From assembly GCA_050301895.1 (NCBI GenBank), contig JBNKZZ010000001.1:34656-98655 (forward strand): a stretch of DNA of 64,000 nt, written 5' to 3'. This document shows positions 9,060-19,574 of the stretch, piece after piece. The notes below the pieces were generated by a model. That model did no database searches. It worked only from the letters and a program-made list of their open reading frames with translations, and was not told the DNA's origin. This DNA comes from Ensifer sp. GTDB lineage: Bacteria; Pseudomonadota; Alphaproteobacteria; Rhizobiales; Rhizobiaceae. The position numbers were made by a program, and so were the translations under genes. Position 1 is the stretch's first letter. Every line of letters begins with the position of its first letter.

Positions 9060-12000
9060 TGAACGCGTTACATTGCTTCCCGAAGACCCTATCGCACGCC
9101 AGAGCTGGACGCGGGAGCAACAGTCGCTGGCCTCTGACCCCGCACGCTTTGCATGGGTTTCGGCCAATGCCGGGTCGGGAAAGACCCACGTACTGACGCA
9201 ACGCGTTATCCGGCTGTTGCTGTCGGGCGCGCGGCCATCTTCCATTCTCTGCCTGACCTATACCAAGGCAGCGGCATCGGAAATGTCGAACCGCATATTC
9301 AAGCAACTATCCAATTGGGCAACGCTTGATGACGCAAAACTAGCGGCTGATATCGAACGCATGGAGGGCATGCCGCCCAGCCCCATCATGCTGAAAGCCG
9401 CGCGACGCCTATTCGCCCGCGCACTGGAGACACCGGGCGGACTCAAAATCCAAACAATACACGCCTTCTGCGAAGCCCTGCTGCATCAATTTCCGCTGGA
9501 GGCCAATGTTGCCGGTCATTTCTCGGTGTTGGATGACCGCGCCGCGAGCGCATTGCTCTCTGAAGCCCGCCGCATTCTGCTCACCGCTGCAACATCGGAG
9601 GAGGATGAGAGGCTCACCGCAGCATTTGAAACCGTAATGGCGCTGGGAGATGAGTTCGGTCTGGAAAAGCTCCTGAACGACATTATTTCCAACCACGCCT
9701 CTCTTGTTCGCTATTTCGCGGCGGCAGAAAAAAGCGGTGGTGTGGAAACAGTCTTGAGGCAATCACTCGGCTTGGCTCCCGAAGACACGACAAGCGCCGT
9801 GCTCGGCGCATTCTGGCCGCTGAAAAACTTCGGTGAAGCCGCCATCGGAGCCTATATAGAACTTGCCGAGCGCACGGGCGGCAGCAATCCGAAAAAAGTT
9901 GCAGAGACACTGCGCAATGCACTCGCCGCCGTCGATGATATCGAACGACTGGAACATTTGGAGCGAGCTTTATTCACACAGAAAATGCAGCCAAAAGCCA
10001 TGAGCGGCATCGCATCTAAACAGATGCTCGCCGAAACACCCGCCCTGGAAACCGATATTGAAGCAGCGCAGACCGAGTTGGCGGGTATACGCCAGCGTCT
10101 CAAAACTATTGCATTGTTCGACGCGTCTCACGCGGCCCTCACACTCGCCAATCGCCTGAATGGTGAATATGAGGATCTCAAGAAGCGACAGGGCCATCTC
10201 GACTTCGAAGACTTGATCGTCAAAACGGCCGAATTGCTCAACAAGAACCAGTCCGGACCCTGGATCCATTACAAGCTTGATCAAGGGATTGAGCATATCC
10301 TCGTAGACGAGGCGCAGGACACCAGTCCCATGCAATGGGATGTGGTGAAATCGCTCGCAGAGGACTTCTTCTCCGGCGAATCTGCCAAAGGACGCAACCG
10401 CACGCTATTCGCCGTCGGTGACGAAAAGCAATCAATCTATTCGTTTCAGGGTGCCAGACCTGAACGTTTCGCCGACGAAGGAAACAAGACCGCAAAATCA
10501 GTGCAGGATGCGCAACTGGCCTTTTCCCGGATTCGTCTCCCCTTGTCGTTTCGCTCGACCCAGGATGTCCTGGCGGCAGTTGACGAAGTTTTCGCCCGTG
10601 CAGAAAATGCAAGCGGGCTGAGCGCATTGAACGAACCGGTCGAGCACCAGTCGAACCGAATCGGCCATCCCGGCCGTGTTGATATCTGGTCCGTGGTGGC
10701 ACCTGAGGAGACCGAACAGGATGAGGACTGGACGGCCCCCTTCGATGCGACGCCTGAAAGCGCTCCGCCTGCGATTGTCGCACGCCGAATAGCGACAGCC
10801 ATCTCCCATTGGATCGGGCGGGAAAAGATTATCGATGATGGTAAGTGGCGCACAATCAAGCCCGGGGACATCCTCGTTCTGGTGCGCAAGCGATCTGGAC
10901 TGACTGCGGCTCTCACAAGAGCACTCAGGGCCGCAGGCAATATCCCTGTCGCTGGCGCGGACCGATTGCTTTTGACCGACCATATTGCCGTTCAGGACCT
11001 ACTTGCGCTTGGCCGATTTGTGCTTTTCCCGAACGACGACCTATCATTGGCAGCCTTGATGAAGAGCCCACTTCTGGGCTTGTCTGAAGAGCAGCTCATG
11101 TTGTCTGCGGCTTATAGAAAGAAGAACGAAAGCCTCTGGTTGCGCCTCAGCGCGCTTGCATCCGACAAGCCGGATTTTGCCTCTGCCATGCGACGACTGG
11201 GCGCATGGATCGACCTGGGCCGCAATGCAAACCCTTTCGAATTTTACAGTCGGATACTTGGAAAAGACGGAGCACGCCGGGACTTTCTGGCGCAACTCGG
11301 CAGCGAAGCCAGCGACATTTTGGATGAGTTTCTCAATCTTACACTCGCTCACGAAGAAGCAGGATTGCCTGGGCTACAGTCATTCATTTCGCTCCTGGAG
11401 CTGGAGCCACCCAGCATCAAACGCGAGCAGGACAAAGACAAAGACGAAGTTCGTATCATGACCGTGCATGCCTCCAAGGGCCTGGAAGCACCAATCGTGT
11501 TTGTCGTGGATGATGGAGGCAAGGCCTTTAACTCAAACCATCTTGCGAAGTTCCGCTTCATGGAAACGAATTTCAATAAAAAGCAGACACCGCTTTGGGT
11601 CGCCAACGATGCAGCCAAAACCAATGACGTGGAAGCTGATGCGGCTTTGCGCAAGAGGCAGGCGGAGGAGGAGTATAACCGGCTTCTATATGTTGCAATG
11701 ACGCGTGCGGCAGACAGGCTGGTGGTGTGCGGCTATCGCGGAAAACGCGAAAACAGCGAAAGTTGGCATGCCAAGGTCTGGAATGCCCTTCAGGACTCCT
11801 CAAATTGCAAATCTGCCAGCTTTGGTGATGGCGCTGAAGAATGGGACGGGCTTGAATGGCGTGTCGCCCAGCCGCCGGTTGAATTGGGCGAGACCGACTT
11901 AATCGAAACCTCTGCGCCTGAAGCTCATTTGCCGGATTCATTATTTCGCCCGCTGCCCAAACAGATCGACCTGCCGAAACCTCTGGCGCCATCGGGTGCT

Positions 12001-12615
12001 GGCGCGCTTATTGAAGACGAGGAACCTGCGACATTCGGCGCTTCAAATCTGTTTGGAGACACACGTGACAATAACCATGCGGCGAAACTGGGCCAGGCGG
12101 TTCACAGGCTGTTTCAGCAATTACCGGACATGGAAAGCAGCACCAGGCGCGATGCCGCCATGCGCTATCTGACAAAAGCCCTCAGCTTTCTTACCGCAGA
12201 TGAGTGTCAGGGGCTTTGCGACAGCGTGTTCAGGATTCTTGATGATCCAGCCCTCGCGCCCCTTTTTGGCGACAACGCGCAAGCAGAGGCGAGCATCATG
12301 GGCGTTATGACCCTGGGCACGCAAAAATTTGCTGTGTCTGGCCGAATTGACAGGATGGCTGTTCTGGACAACCGGGTAATTATCGCCGATTTTAAGACCA
12401 ATCGCGTTCCACCGGAAAACGAAGAGGCGATTCCATATGAGCATGCTGCGCAATTGGCTATCTATCACGAGATTCTGAGGCCGCTCTACCCGCAAAAACG
12501 GATAGAATGCAGCCTTATCTACACAGCCAATAGCCGTTGCTTTACCCTGAGCAATCAGGCTATCGAGGAGTCGCTTGCCAGGTTGGAAAATAGAAAAATA
12601 CATATGAAGGATTGA
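9052..12615 (+). CDS. addA: Double-strand break repair helicase/nuclease AddA
   Basis: SANAGSGKT, LVDEAQDT, VGDEKQSIYSFQGA, MTVHASKGLE, LLYVAMTRA and GRIDR..DFKT motifs; start set to the ATG overlapping the addB stop. Confidence 0.96.
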   Translation: MSDERVTLLPEDPIARQSWTREQQSLASDPARFAWVSANAGSGKTHVLTQRVIRLLLSGARPSSILCLTYTKAAASEMSNRIFKQLSNWATLDDAKLAADIERMEGMPPSPIMLKAARRLFARALETPGGLKIQTIHAFCEALLHQFPLEANVAGHFSVLDDRAASALLSEARRILLTAATSEEDERLTAAFETVMALGDEFGLEKLLNDIISNHASLVRYFAAAEKSGGVETVLRQSLGLAPEDTTSAVLGAFWPLKNFGEAAIGAYIELAERTGGSNPKKVAETLRNALAAVDDIERLEHLERALFTQKMQPKAMSGIASKQMLAETPALETDIEAAQTELAGIRQRLKTIALFDASHAALTLANRLNGEYEDLKKRQGHLDFEDLIVKTAELLNKNQSGPWIHYKLDQGIEHILVDEAQDTSPMQWDVVKSLAEDFFSGESAKGRNRTLFAVGDEKQSIYSFQGARPERFADEGNKTAKSVQDAQLAFSRIRLPLSFRSTQDVLAAVDEVFARAENASGLSALNEPVEHQSNRIGHPGRVDIWSVVAPEETEQDEDWTAPFDATPESAPPAIVARRIATAISHWIGREKIIDDGKWRTIKPGDILVLVRKRSGLTAALTRALRAAGNIPVAGADRLLLTDHIAVQDLLALGRFVLFPNDDLSLAALMKSPLLGLSEEQLMLSAAYRKKNESLWLRLSALASDKPDFASAMRRLGAWIDLGRNANPFEFYSRILGKDGARRDFLAQLGSEASDILDEFLNLTLAHEEAGLPGLQSFISLLELEPPSIKREQDKDKDEVRIMTVHASKGLEAPIVFVVDDGGKAFNSNHLAKFRFMETNFNKKQTPLWVANDAAKTNDVEADAALRKRQAEEEYNRLLYVAMTRAADRLVVCGYRGKRENSESWHAKVWNALQDSSNCKSASFGDGAEEWDGLEWRVAQPPVELGETDLIETSAPEAHLPDSLFRPLPKQIDLPKPLAPSGAGALIEDEEPATFGASNLFGDTRDNNHAAKLGQAVHRLFQQLPDMESSTRRDAAMRYLTKALSFLTADECQGLCDSVFRILDDPALAPLFGDNAQAEASIMGVMTLGTQKFAVSGRIDRMAVLDNRVIIADFKTNRVPPENEEAIPYEHAAQLAIYHEILRPLYPQKRIECSLIYTANSRCFTLSNQAIEESLARLENRKIHMKD

Positions 12616-12679
12616 ATTCTTCATGAGACGACATACATCATGAGCCAAAGAACACGGAATCCAGCAAGGAGTTTTATCC

Positions 12680-13000
12680 ATGGCCACCATCAAAGTTGAC
12701 AATGCGAATTTTCAGGCAGAAGTGCTGCAGTCCGCCGAGCCGGTTGTTGTAGACTTCTGGGCGGAATGGTGCGGCCCTTGCCGTATGATTGCACCAGCCC
12801 TGGAGGAACTGTCCAGCGAGCTTGCAGGCAAGGTGAAGATTGCCAAACTGAATGTTGACGAAAACCCGGAACTGGCAGCCCAGTTTGGCGTTCGCGGTAT
12901 TCCGATGCTGGCGATGTTCAAAGCAGGCGAAATGGCTGACCAGCTTACCGGCGCGCGTCCGAAGTCTCAGCTTTCTGCTTGGATCAACGGCTCTGCCTAA
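12680..13000 (+). CDS. trxA: Thioredoxin
   Basis: [10 protein letters not shown] active site; 106 aa; AAGGAG RBS. Confidence 0.97.
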   Translation: MATIKVDNANFQAEVLQSAEPVVVDFWAEWCGPCRMIAPALEELSSELAGKVKIAKLNVDENPELAAQFGVRGIPMLAMFKAGEMADQLTGARPKSQLSAWINGSA

Positions 13001-13021
13001 GCCCAGTCAGACGTGATATTG

Positions 13022-13051
13022 AAAAAGCCCGCCCATGTTGGCGGGCTTTTT
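13022..13051. terminator. Bidirectional terminator between trxA and folC
   Basis: AAAAAGCCCGCC-CATGTT-GGCGGGCTTTTT between convergent genes. Confidence 0.85.
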
Positions 13052-14390
13052 ATTCAGGAATCGTGCCGTTTTCAGCCAGTACTGAGCCGGCGAGATAAAG
13101 CGACCCGCCAATCAATACGCGGGGATTACCTTCGTTCGCCTGCGCAGCGATCTTGGCCAGTGCTTCCCGCACAGAGCCACATGGTTCGGCCACCAAACCC
13201 GCATCTTCAGCATCACTTGCCAATGCAACCGGATCAACCCCAGCATCTGAATCAGGCACCGGCACCGTGAAAACACGGCGGCACAGATCTGCGAACGGCT
13301 TGAAATAACCGGTGGCGTCCTTGGTATTGATCATGCCTGCAATAAGATAAAGCGGGCGGGACTCACGATCTTCCAGACCCGCCAGTGTTTCTGCGATAGC
13401 GCTGCCTGCACCCGGGTTGTGACCACCATCGAGCCAGATTTCACCGCCGTCTGTCAGCGCGTCAACAAGCGCGCCGTGAACAAGACGCTGCATCCGGGCA
13501 GGCCAATCTACTGTCAGCAAGGCCTTTTCAATCGCCTCATCATCAAGCGCAAAGCCTGCTGCCTTGACGGTGCGAATTGCAGCAGCCGCATTGGCAATCT
13601 GATGACGGCCGGAAAGCCGTGGCAGTGGCAAATCAGAAAGGCCAAACTCATCCTGATAGACCATGCGACCAAACTCTTCATAGGCCAGGAAATCCTGTCC
13701 AAAGATAGTCACAGGCGCGCCCTTGCGCATGGCCAGATTTTCCAAGACATCGCGCGCCGTTTCATAGGGCTGCTGACCAATGACAACAGGAACGCCGGAC
13801 TTGATAATGCCGCCCTTTTCAGCCGCTATTAGCTCGACCGTGTCACCAAGATAGGCTTCGTGGTCCATGGAAATGGGCATAATGAGACTGGCTGCAGGCC
13901 GATCAATGACATTGGTTGCATCAAAACGCCCGCCAAGGCCGACCTCAACAATAGCGGCATCGGCCGGATGCTCACTGAAAAGCAGGAACATCACAGCGGT
14001 CATGATCTCAAAGACGGTTATTTTCTGTCCGCCATTTGCATCTGCCACCCGACGGATCGCATCAGCCAGAGTTTCATCATCCACAAACGCACCCGGACCA
14101 CCCGCACGACCAAGACGGTAACGCTCATGCCAACGCACCAGGTGTGGCTTTGTGTGAACATGAACAGAAAGACCTGCGGCTTCCAGCAACGCACGACTAT
14201 AGGCGGATGCCGATCCCTTGCCGTTGGTTCCAGCTATGTGGATGATTGGAGGCATGCGATCCTGCGGACGACCTAGTACGTCCAGGACCCGGAGAATTCG
14301 ATCAAGAGATAGATCGAATCCCTTTGGATGAAGCGCCATCAGCGCTTCAATTTCGCGTGCGGCCTGTCCCGCCTCCATTTCAGCGGTCAT
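13050..14390 (-). CDS. folC: Folylpolyglutamate/dihydrofolate synthase
   Basis: IAGTNGKGS, EVGLGGRFDATN, DGGHNP and GGSLYLAG motifs; after accD. Confidence 0.96.
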   Translation of the reverse strand: MTAEMEAGQAAREIEALMALHPKGFDLSLDRILRVLDVLGRPQDRMPPIIHIAGTNGKGSASAYSRALLEAAGLSVHVHTKPHLVRWHERYRLGRAGGPGAFVDDETLADAIRRVADANGGQKITVFEIMTAVMFLLFSEHPADAAIVEVGLGGRFDATNVIDRPAASLIMPISMDHEAYLGDTVELIAAEKGGIIKSGVPVVIGQQPYETARDVLENLAMRKGAPVTIFGQDFLAYEEFGRMVYQDEFGLSDLPLPRLSGRHQIANAAAAIRTVKAAGFALDDEAIEKALLTVDWPARMQRLVHGALVDALTDGGEIWLDGGHNPGAGSAIAETLAGLEDRESRPLYLIAGMINTKDATGYFKPFADLCRRVFTVPVPDSDAGVDPVALASDAEDAGLVAEPCGSVREALAKIAAQANEGNPRVLIGGSLYLAGSVLAENGTIPE

Positions 14391-14395
14391 GGTGC

Positions 14396-15292
14396 TCAGG
14401 CCGCCGTTTCTTCAGAGGCATTTGGTCCTTCAACGGTATCAACCGGCGTCTTCAGCAGCATTTTCAAAACACGCGCCAAAGTCTCCGGCAGTTCATTGCG
14501 ATGAACCACCATATCGACCATTCCATGCTCGAAGAGATACTCAGACGTCTGAAAATCGTCGGGCAGTTTCTCACGGATGGTCTGTTCGATCACGCGGCGA
14601 CCGGCAAAACCAATAACGGCACCCGGCTCGGCGATATGAATATCGCCTAGCATTGCGTAAGACGCTGTAACGCCGCCAGTCGTTGGATTGGTCAGCACCA
14701 CAACATAAGGCAGGCCAGCCTCCTTGAGCATTTCGACAGCGACGGTTGTCCGCGGCAGCTGCATTAGCGACAAAATTCCTTCCTGCATGCGCGCGCCACC
14801 GGACGCCGGGAACATGACAAGCGGGCATTTCTCGCTTATCGCACGCTCAAACGCCTTAACGATTGCCTCACCCGCGGCCATGCCCAGAGAGCCACCCATA
14901 AAGGCAAACTCGTGCAAGACGGCAACGATCTTCACACCGTGCAATTTTCCAACCCCAGCCATGATCGTGTCTTCAAGACCCGTTTTGGCGCGGCTATCCT
15001 TGATACGATCGCTATACTTCTTGGAATCGCGAAATTTGAGCGGATCCTGCCCCACTTTGGGTTGGGGCAGCAGCTCGTAATTGTCTTCTCCAAAAAGCTG
15101 GTCCAAGCGCGCCTTTGCAGGCATCTTCATGTGAAAGCCGGAGGCCGGTATCACATAATTGTTTTCCTCCAGATCCTTGTGGAAGACCATTTCCCCGGTT
15201 TCCGGGCATTTGATCCAGAGATTTTCTTTGACCTCAAGGCGACCCAGCATCGAGTTGATACGTGGACGCACATAATTGGTAAGCCAGTTCAT
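14396..15292 (-). CDS. accD: Acetyl-CoA carboxylase carboxyltransferase beta subunit
   Basis: [22 protein letters not shown] and PTTGGVTAS motifs. Confidence 0.97.
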   Translation of the reverse strand: MNWLTNYVRPRINSMLGRLEVKENLWIKCPETGEMVFHKDLEENNYVIPASGFHMKMPAKARLDQLFGEDNYELLPQPKVGQDPLKFRDSKKYSDRIKDSRAKTGLEDTIMAGVGKLHGVKIVAVLHEFAFMGGSLGMAAGEAIVKAFERAISEKCPLVMFPASGGARMQEGILSLMQLPRTTVAVEMLKEAGLPYVVVLTNPTTGGVTASYAMLGDIHIAEPGAVIGFAGRRVIEQTIREKLPDDFQTSEYLFEHGMVDMVVHRNELPETLARVLKMLLKTPVDTVEGPNASEETAA

Positions 15293-15315
15293 TGCCTACT
15301 CCTTGAAACGCTTTG

Positions 15316-16155
15316 TTACTCAGCGGCAGCGGGTCTCGCAGCCTTCACGCCACTCGCCAGCCCCTTGACCAAGGTCACAACGCTTTGCACCGTATCTGCC
15401 GTTGCATTGCCATTCTTGTCGAGGCTGCCGGCAATCTGCGAAACGATCGCAGAACCCACAACAACCCCGTCGGCTGACGCGCCAATGAGACGGGCATGTT
15501 CCGCGGTCTTCACGCCAAAACCTACACATACCGGAAGTTCGGTGTGTCCCTTGATGCGAATAACCGCATCAGAGACCAGCGATGGATCCGGCAAAGAGGA
15601 ACCAGTGATGCCGTTCATGGAAACATAATAGACGAAACCCGAGGTATTTTCGAGAACGCGCGGCAGGCGCTTGTTATCTGTGGTTGGCGTCGTCAAGCGA
15701 ATGAAATTGATACCCTTTGCAATTGCGGGAACGCAAAGCTCATCATCCATTTCAGCCGGAAGATCGACAACGATCAGGCCATCAATGCCTACAGCCAACG
15801 CATCATCGAGAAAACGGTCAACACCGTAAATATAGATGGGATTGTAGTAGCCCATCAAGACAATCGGCGTATCCTGGTCACTCTCGCGGAAACGCCGTGC
15901 GATTTCCAATGTCTTGGCAAGCGTCTGGCCACCAGCCAGCGCCCGCTGACCAGAATGCTGAATAGCCGGGCCGTCGGCCATGGGATCTGAGAATGGCATG
16001 CCGAGCTCAATCACATCTGCGCCAGCCTCCGGCAGCGCCTTCATGATTTCCACCGAGGTTTCAAAATCGGGGTCGCCGCCCATAAAGTAGGTGATCAGCG
16101 CCGGGCGGCCCTCTGCCTTCAAATCGGCAAAGCGTTTTTTCATACGTTCAGTCAT
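15316..16155 (-). CDS. trpA: Tryptophan synthase alpha chain
   Basis: [22 protein letters not shown] and ADGVVVGSA motifs. Confidence 0.97.
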   Translation of the reverse strand: MTERMKKRFADLKAEGRPALITYFMGGDPDFETSVEIMKALPEAGADVIELGMPFSDPMADGPAIQHSGQRALAGGQTLAKTLEIARRFRESDQDTPIVLMGYYNPIYIYGVDRFLDDALAVGIDGLIVVDLPAEMDDELCVPAIAKGINFIRLTTPTTDNKRLPRVLENTSGFVYYVSMNGITGSSLPDPSLVSDAVIRIKGHTELPVCVGFGVKTAEHARLIGASADGVVVGSAIVSQIAGSLDKNGNATADTVQSVVTLVKGLASGVKAARPAAAE

Positions 16156-17381
16156 TGCTCATCAAGTCCCAAGCCGAGAAGTTTGCCAACCGTGAAAATG
16201 TCCTTGTCGCCTCGGCCAGACAGGTTCATCAGGATAATCTGATCCTTGCGCATTTTTGGCGCGCGCTTGACCACCTCTGCAACTGCATGGCTCGGCTCAA
16301 GAGCTGGAATGATGCCTTCCAGCCTGGTGAGCAACTGAAACGCATCCAGCGCTTCGTGATCCATGATCGGAACATATTCCGCGCGTCCTGTGTCAGCGAG
16401 CCAGGAATGCTCCGGACCAATACCCGGATAATCCAGTCCGGCAGAAACAGAGTGACCTTCAAGGATTTGCCCGTCGTCATTTTGCAGGAGATAGGTGCGG
16501 TTGCCGTGCAACACACCGGGCTTGCCAGCCGTAATTGACGCACAATGCTCCTCACCTTCAAGACCGCGACCACCGGCTTCGACGCCCACAATCTGCACAC
16601 CTTCGTCGTCCAGGAATGGATGGAAGATACCGATTGCATTGGAACCACCGCCAACAGCAGCAATCACCATATCAGGAAGCTTGCCTTCGGCCTCCATCAA
16701 CTGCTCCTTGGCTTCTGTGCCGATGACAGATTGAAAATCGCGTACAAGCTCGGGATATGGATGTGGTCCGGCTGCGGTACCAATCAGATAATAGGTATCG
16801 TCGACATTGGTCACCCAATCTCGTAGCGCTTCATTCATCGCGTCCTTCAATGTTCCGTTGCCAGCTTTCACCGGCACCACTTCTGCACCCAGAAGCTTCA
16901 TGCGGAACACATTCGGAGCCTGACGCTCAACATCTGTGGCGCCCATATAAACCACACAAGGAAGGCCGAAGCGTGCGGCAACCGTTGCCGTAGCGACGCC
17001 GTGCTGCCCTGCGCCCGTTTCCGCAATAATGCGGGTTTTGCCCATGCGCCTTGCAAGCAGGATCTGGCCAATGCAGTTATTGACCTTGTGTGAACCGGTG
17101 TGGTTCAGCTCTTCACGCTTGAAGTAGATCTTGGCGCCGCCCAGATGCTCGCTCAAACGCTCGGCATAATAGAGCGGGCTTGGTCGACCGATATAATGCT
17201 TCCCCAACTCGCGAATTTGCGCCTGAAATTCCGGATCAGCCTTGGCCCGGTGCCATTCATCCTGCAAATCGAGGATCAGCGGCATCAGGGTTTCAGCTAC
17301 AAATCGGCCACCATAGATGCCAAAGCGGCCATCTTCGTCCGGTCCCGACTTGAATGAATTCAGTATTGGCGTTTCGTTCAC
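16152..17381 (-). CDS. trpB: Tryptophan synthase beta chain
   Basis: [15 protein letters not shown] and AETGAGQHG motifs; GTG start at 17381 preceded by GGGAG. Confidence 0.97.
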   Translation of the reverse strand: MNETPILNSFKSGPDEDGRFGIYGGRFVAETLMPLILDLQDEWHRAKADPEFQAQIRELGKHYIGRPSPLYYAERLSEHLGGAKIYFKREELNHTGSHKVNNCIGQILLARRMGKTRIIAETGAGQHGVATATVAARFGLPCVVYMGATDVERQAPNVFRMKLLGAEVVPVKAGNGTLKDAMNEALRDWVTNVDDTYYLIGTAAGPHPYPELVRDFQSVIGTEAKEQLMEAEGKLPDMVIAAVGGGSNAIGIFHPFLDDEGVQIVGVEAGGRGLEGEEHCASITAGKPGVLHGNRTYLLQNDDGQILEGHSVSAGLDYPGIGPEHSWLADTGRAEYVPIMDHEALDAFQLLTRLEGIIPALEPSHAVAEVVKRAPKMRKDQIILMNLSGRGDKDIFTVGKLLGLGLDEQ

Positions 17382-17394
17382 GTCCAACTCCCAA

Positions 17395-18054
17395 CTATTG
17401 GTCGGCTTGAGCAAGTGCTGCCCTGGCCACCTCGAAAAATGCTTCTATCTTGCCAATGTCCTTGACACCCGGGGCGCTTTCCACACCCGATGAAAGGTCA
17501 ATTCCAGATGCCTTCGTCATTTTGATGGCATCTTCTACATTGTCGCAGTTCAATCCACCGGAAAGCATGTAATCAACGCCCTCGTCAAGCGCATCGAGCA
17601 TGCTCCAGTCAAAGGATACACCATTGCCACCCGGCAAATCGGATCCCGCAGGTGCCTTTGCGTCGAAAAGAAACCGATCCGCCAAGCCCTCATAGGGCTC
17701 AATCTGCCTCAAATCATCAGCGTCACGTATGGAAAAAGCCTTCATGACAGGAAGACCATAGATCGCCTTGACGTTCAAAACACGCTGGGGATTTTCCGAG
17801 CCGTGGAGCTGCAAAATATCAGGGTTCAAAAGATCAACGATTTCGTCGAGTTCGTCGTTTGTCGCATTTACCGTAACTGCAACGATCTTTGCTCTGCCTC
17901 TCACCAGATCGGCGAGTGCACCAGCATCAGCAGGCTCAATATTGCGTGGGCTCTTTGGAAAGAAAATAAAGCCTATATGGGTCGCGCCGAGCGCCACTGA
18001 GCGCTCCACCGCTTCCGCAGTTCTCAAACCGCAAATTTTGATCGAAAAACTCAT
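17395..18054 (-). CDS. trpF: Phosphoribosylanthranilate isomerase
   Basis: IKICGL, QLHGSE, LSGGLN and DLSSGVE motifs. Confidence 0.96.
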   Translation of the reverse strand: MSFSIKICGLRTAEAVERSVALGATHIGFIFFPKSPRNIEPADAGALADLVRGRAKIVAVTVNATNDELDEIVDLLNPDILQLHGSENPQRVLNVKAIYGLPVMKAFSIRDADDLRQIEPYEGLADRFLFDAKAPAGSDLPGGNGVSFDWSMLDALDEGVDYMLSGGLNCDNVEDAIKMTKASGIDLSSGVESAPGVKDIGKIEAFFEVARAALAQADQ

Positions 18055-18136
18055 GGTCTCGCAGTCGCATGAATTGACGGAAGAGTCGAGCCAAAATGCG
18101 CCTCAAACTGGTTGCTTTGGCGCGGTTTTGGTGAAC

Positions 18137-18889
18137 TCAGTTAAAATCGATGGCATGCAGAGCAGAGCCATTTGCCCTGAGCCACATTTTGGCTTCATCC
18201 GTTGCCGGACATAATTTTTCGCAAAGCGCCCAGAAATCAGCGCTGTGGTTCATTTCAGTCAGGTGAGCCACCTCATGGGCTGCCAGATAGTCAATAACAA
18301 ATGGCGGTGCCATTACGATGCGCCAGGAAAAGGAAAGTCTGCCGTCATGCGTACATGAACCCCAGCGGCTGCGTGTATCTTTAAGCGACAGCGCGACATA
18401 TTTCCTGCCGCTTGCTTTGGCGTGAAGCGCGGCCAGCTTCTCCAAATCCTTGCGGGCTTCTTTCTTCAGGAAATCACGCATGCGGCGTCCCAAATGCTGG
18501 TGATCACCGCTGACCTCGATAACCTTTTCACCATCTCTCTCGCCGAACGTTGTCAGGCCGCGCAGTTTGCCGGTTGAAATTATTCGATAATTCTCGCCAC
18601 GCAGCATGATCGTTGATCCATTGACCAGCGCCTCATCTCCGGCAAAGTTCGACAGCTTCTTTGTCAGCCAATCGTGCTGACGCTCCAAAAACCGATCAAC
18701 CTCATAGTGCGCAATATGGATCGGCACGGTCATCTTCAGCGCCCGTCCACCGGGTTCAATCCGCAGGGTCAAACGTTTGGCCCGCCTGTCAGCACGCACG
18801 GTCAAAGGCACTTCGCGCCCGCCAATTGCGACAGTTCGAACTCCCGGCTTCGATGGTTTCGATTTTTGGCTACGGGCTTTGAAAAACAT
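18137..18889 (-). CDS. YgjP/DUF45 family zinc metalloprotein
   Basis: DTRSRWGSC, YLAAHEVAHL (HExxH) and NHSADFW motifs. Confidence 0.88.
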   Translation of the reverse strand: MFFKARSQKSKPSKPGVRTVAIGGREVPLTVRADRRAKRLTLRIEPGGRALKMTVPIHIAHYEVDRFLERQHDWLTKKLSNFAGDEALVNGSTIMLRGENYRIISTGKLRGLTTFGERDGEKVIEVSGDHQHLGRRMRDFLKKEARKDLEKLAALHAKASGRKYVALSLKDTRSRWGSCTHDGRLSFSWRIVMAPPFVIDYLAAHEVAHLTEMNHSADFWALCEKLCPATDEAKMWLRANGSALHAIDFN

Positions 18890-19014
18890 GAAAATGAATT
18901 ACCCGATTCGGACAAGAGCCGCGATGAAAAAGCTGCAATCCAAGCACCGCCTGGCGCTGGTACAATGCGCCGCGCATCCAGATGAGGCGCGACGCGGGGT
19001 TCAATATATGAAAG

Positions 19015-19437
19015 TCAGGCGTTGAATGTGCCGTCTTCGGTTGGCTTGTTCCGGTCTCGCATGAAGCGAGAGAACTCTTTCTCATCCTTAGCGCGGCGTA
19101 GTTCACGCAGATACTCGTCAAACTCGGCCTTCATTTCATCAAGCTTGCGGCGCTCTTCTTCAATGCGCTCAAGCTCCTTCTCGCGCCAGTCGTCAAAGGC
19201 GACATTGCCAGTGCGCTGGTGCCAATGGCCCTTATGGCCCTTGCAACCGTAACCGTGGCGCTTGAAGTTTGCGTCAAATGCGCGGTTGGCATCACGCTTG
19301 AACTCCTGCAGACGATCACCAAAGAGGATGTAGGCCAGCATCGCCAGACCAAGCGGCCAGAAAATGACAAAGCCCAACACCATCAATGCTATGGTTGCCG
19401 GATTCCATTCCGGCCGGATCCAGGTAGTCTGATTCAT
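19015..19437 (-). CDS. DUF2852 family membrane protein
   Basis: MVLGFVIFWPLGLAMLAY TM segment, TGNVAFDDWR and LRRAKDEKEF coiled coil; start set to MNQTT. Confidence 0.85.
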   Translation of the reverse strand: MNQTTWIRPEWNPATIALMVLGFVIFWPLGLAMLAYILFGDRLQEFKRDANRAFDANFKRHGYGCKGHKGHWHQRTGNVAFDDWREKELERIEEERRKLDEMKAEFDEYLRELRRAKDEKEFSRFMRDRNKPTEDGTFNA

Positions 19438-19490
19438 AGGTCGTAACCCTCGCTCGTTCAGACGGGCCAAATGCCCGCCTTACTCAAAAC

Positions 19491-19520
19491 GATGTGGTGG
19501 CGATCCATCCTGGCTTCAAG
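19491..19520 (-). promoter_or_regulatory. Putative RpoH-type promoter of the DUF2852 gene
   Basis: Minus strand CTTGAAGCCAGGATGGATCGCCACCACATC matches CTTGAA-N~16-CCANAT. Confidence 0.5.
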
Positions 19521-19574
19521 TGAATTTTCGAAGATGCAACACTAAACTATTGATTTCAAATATCTAAATTTGAA

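Noticed and set aside
14912-15628. 238-aa plus-strand ORF spanning accD and trpA
   Set aside because: Antisense to two well-supported genes; no domain features
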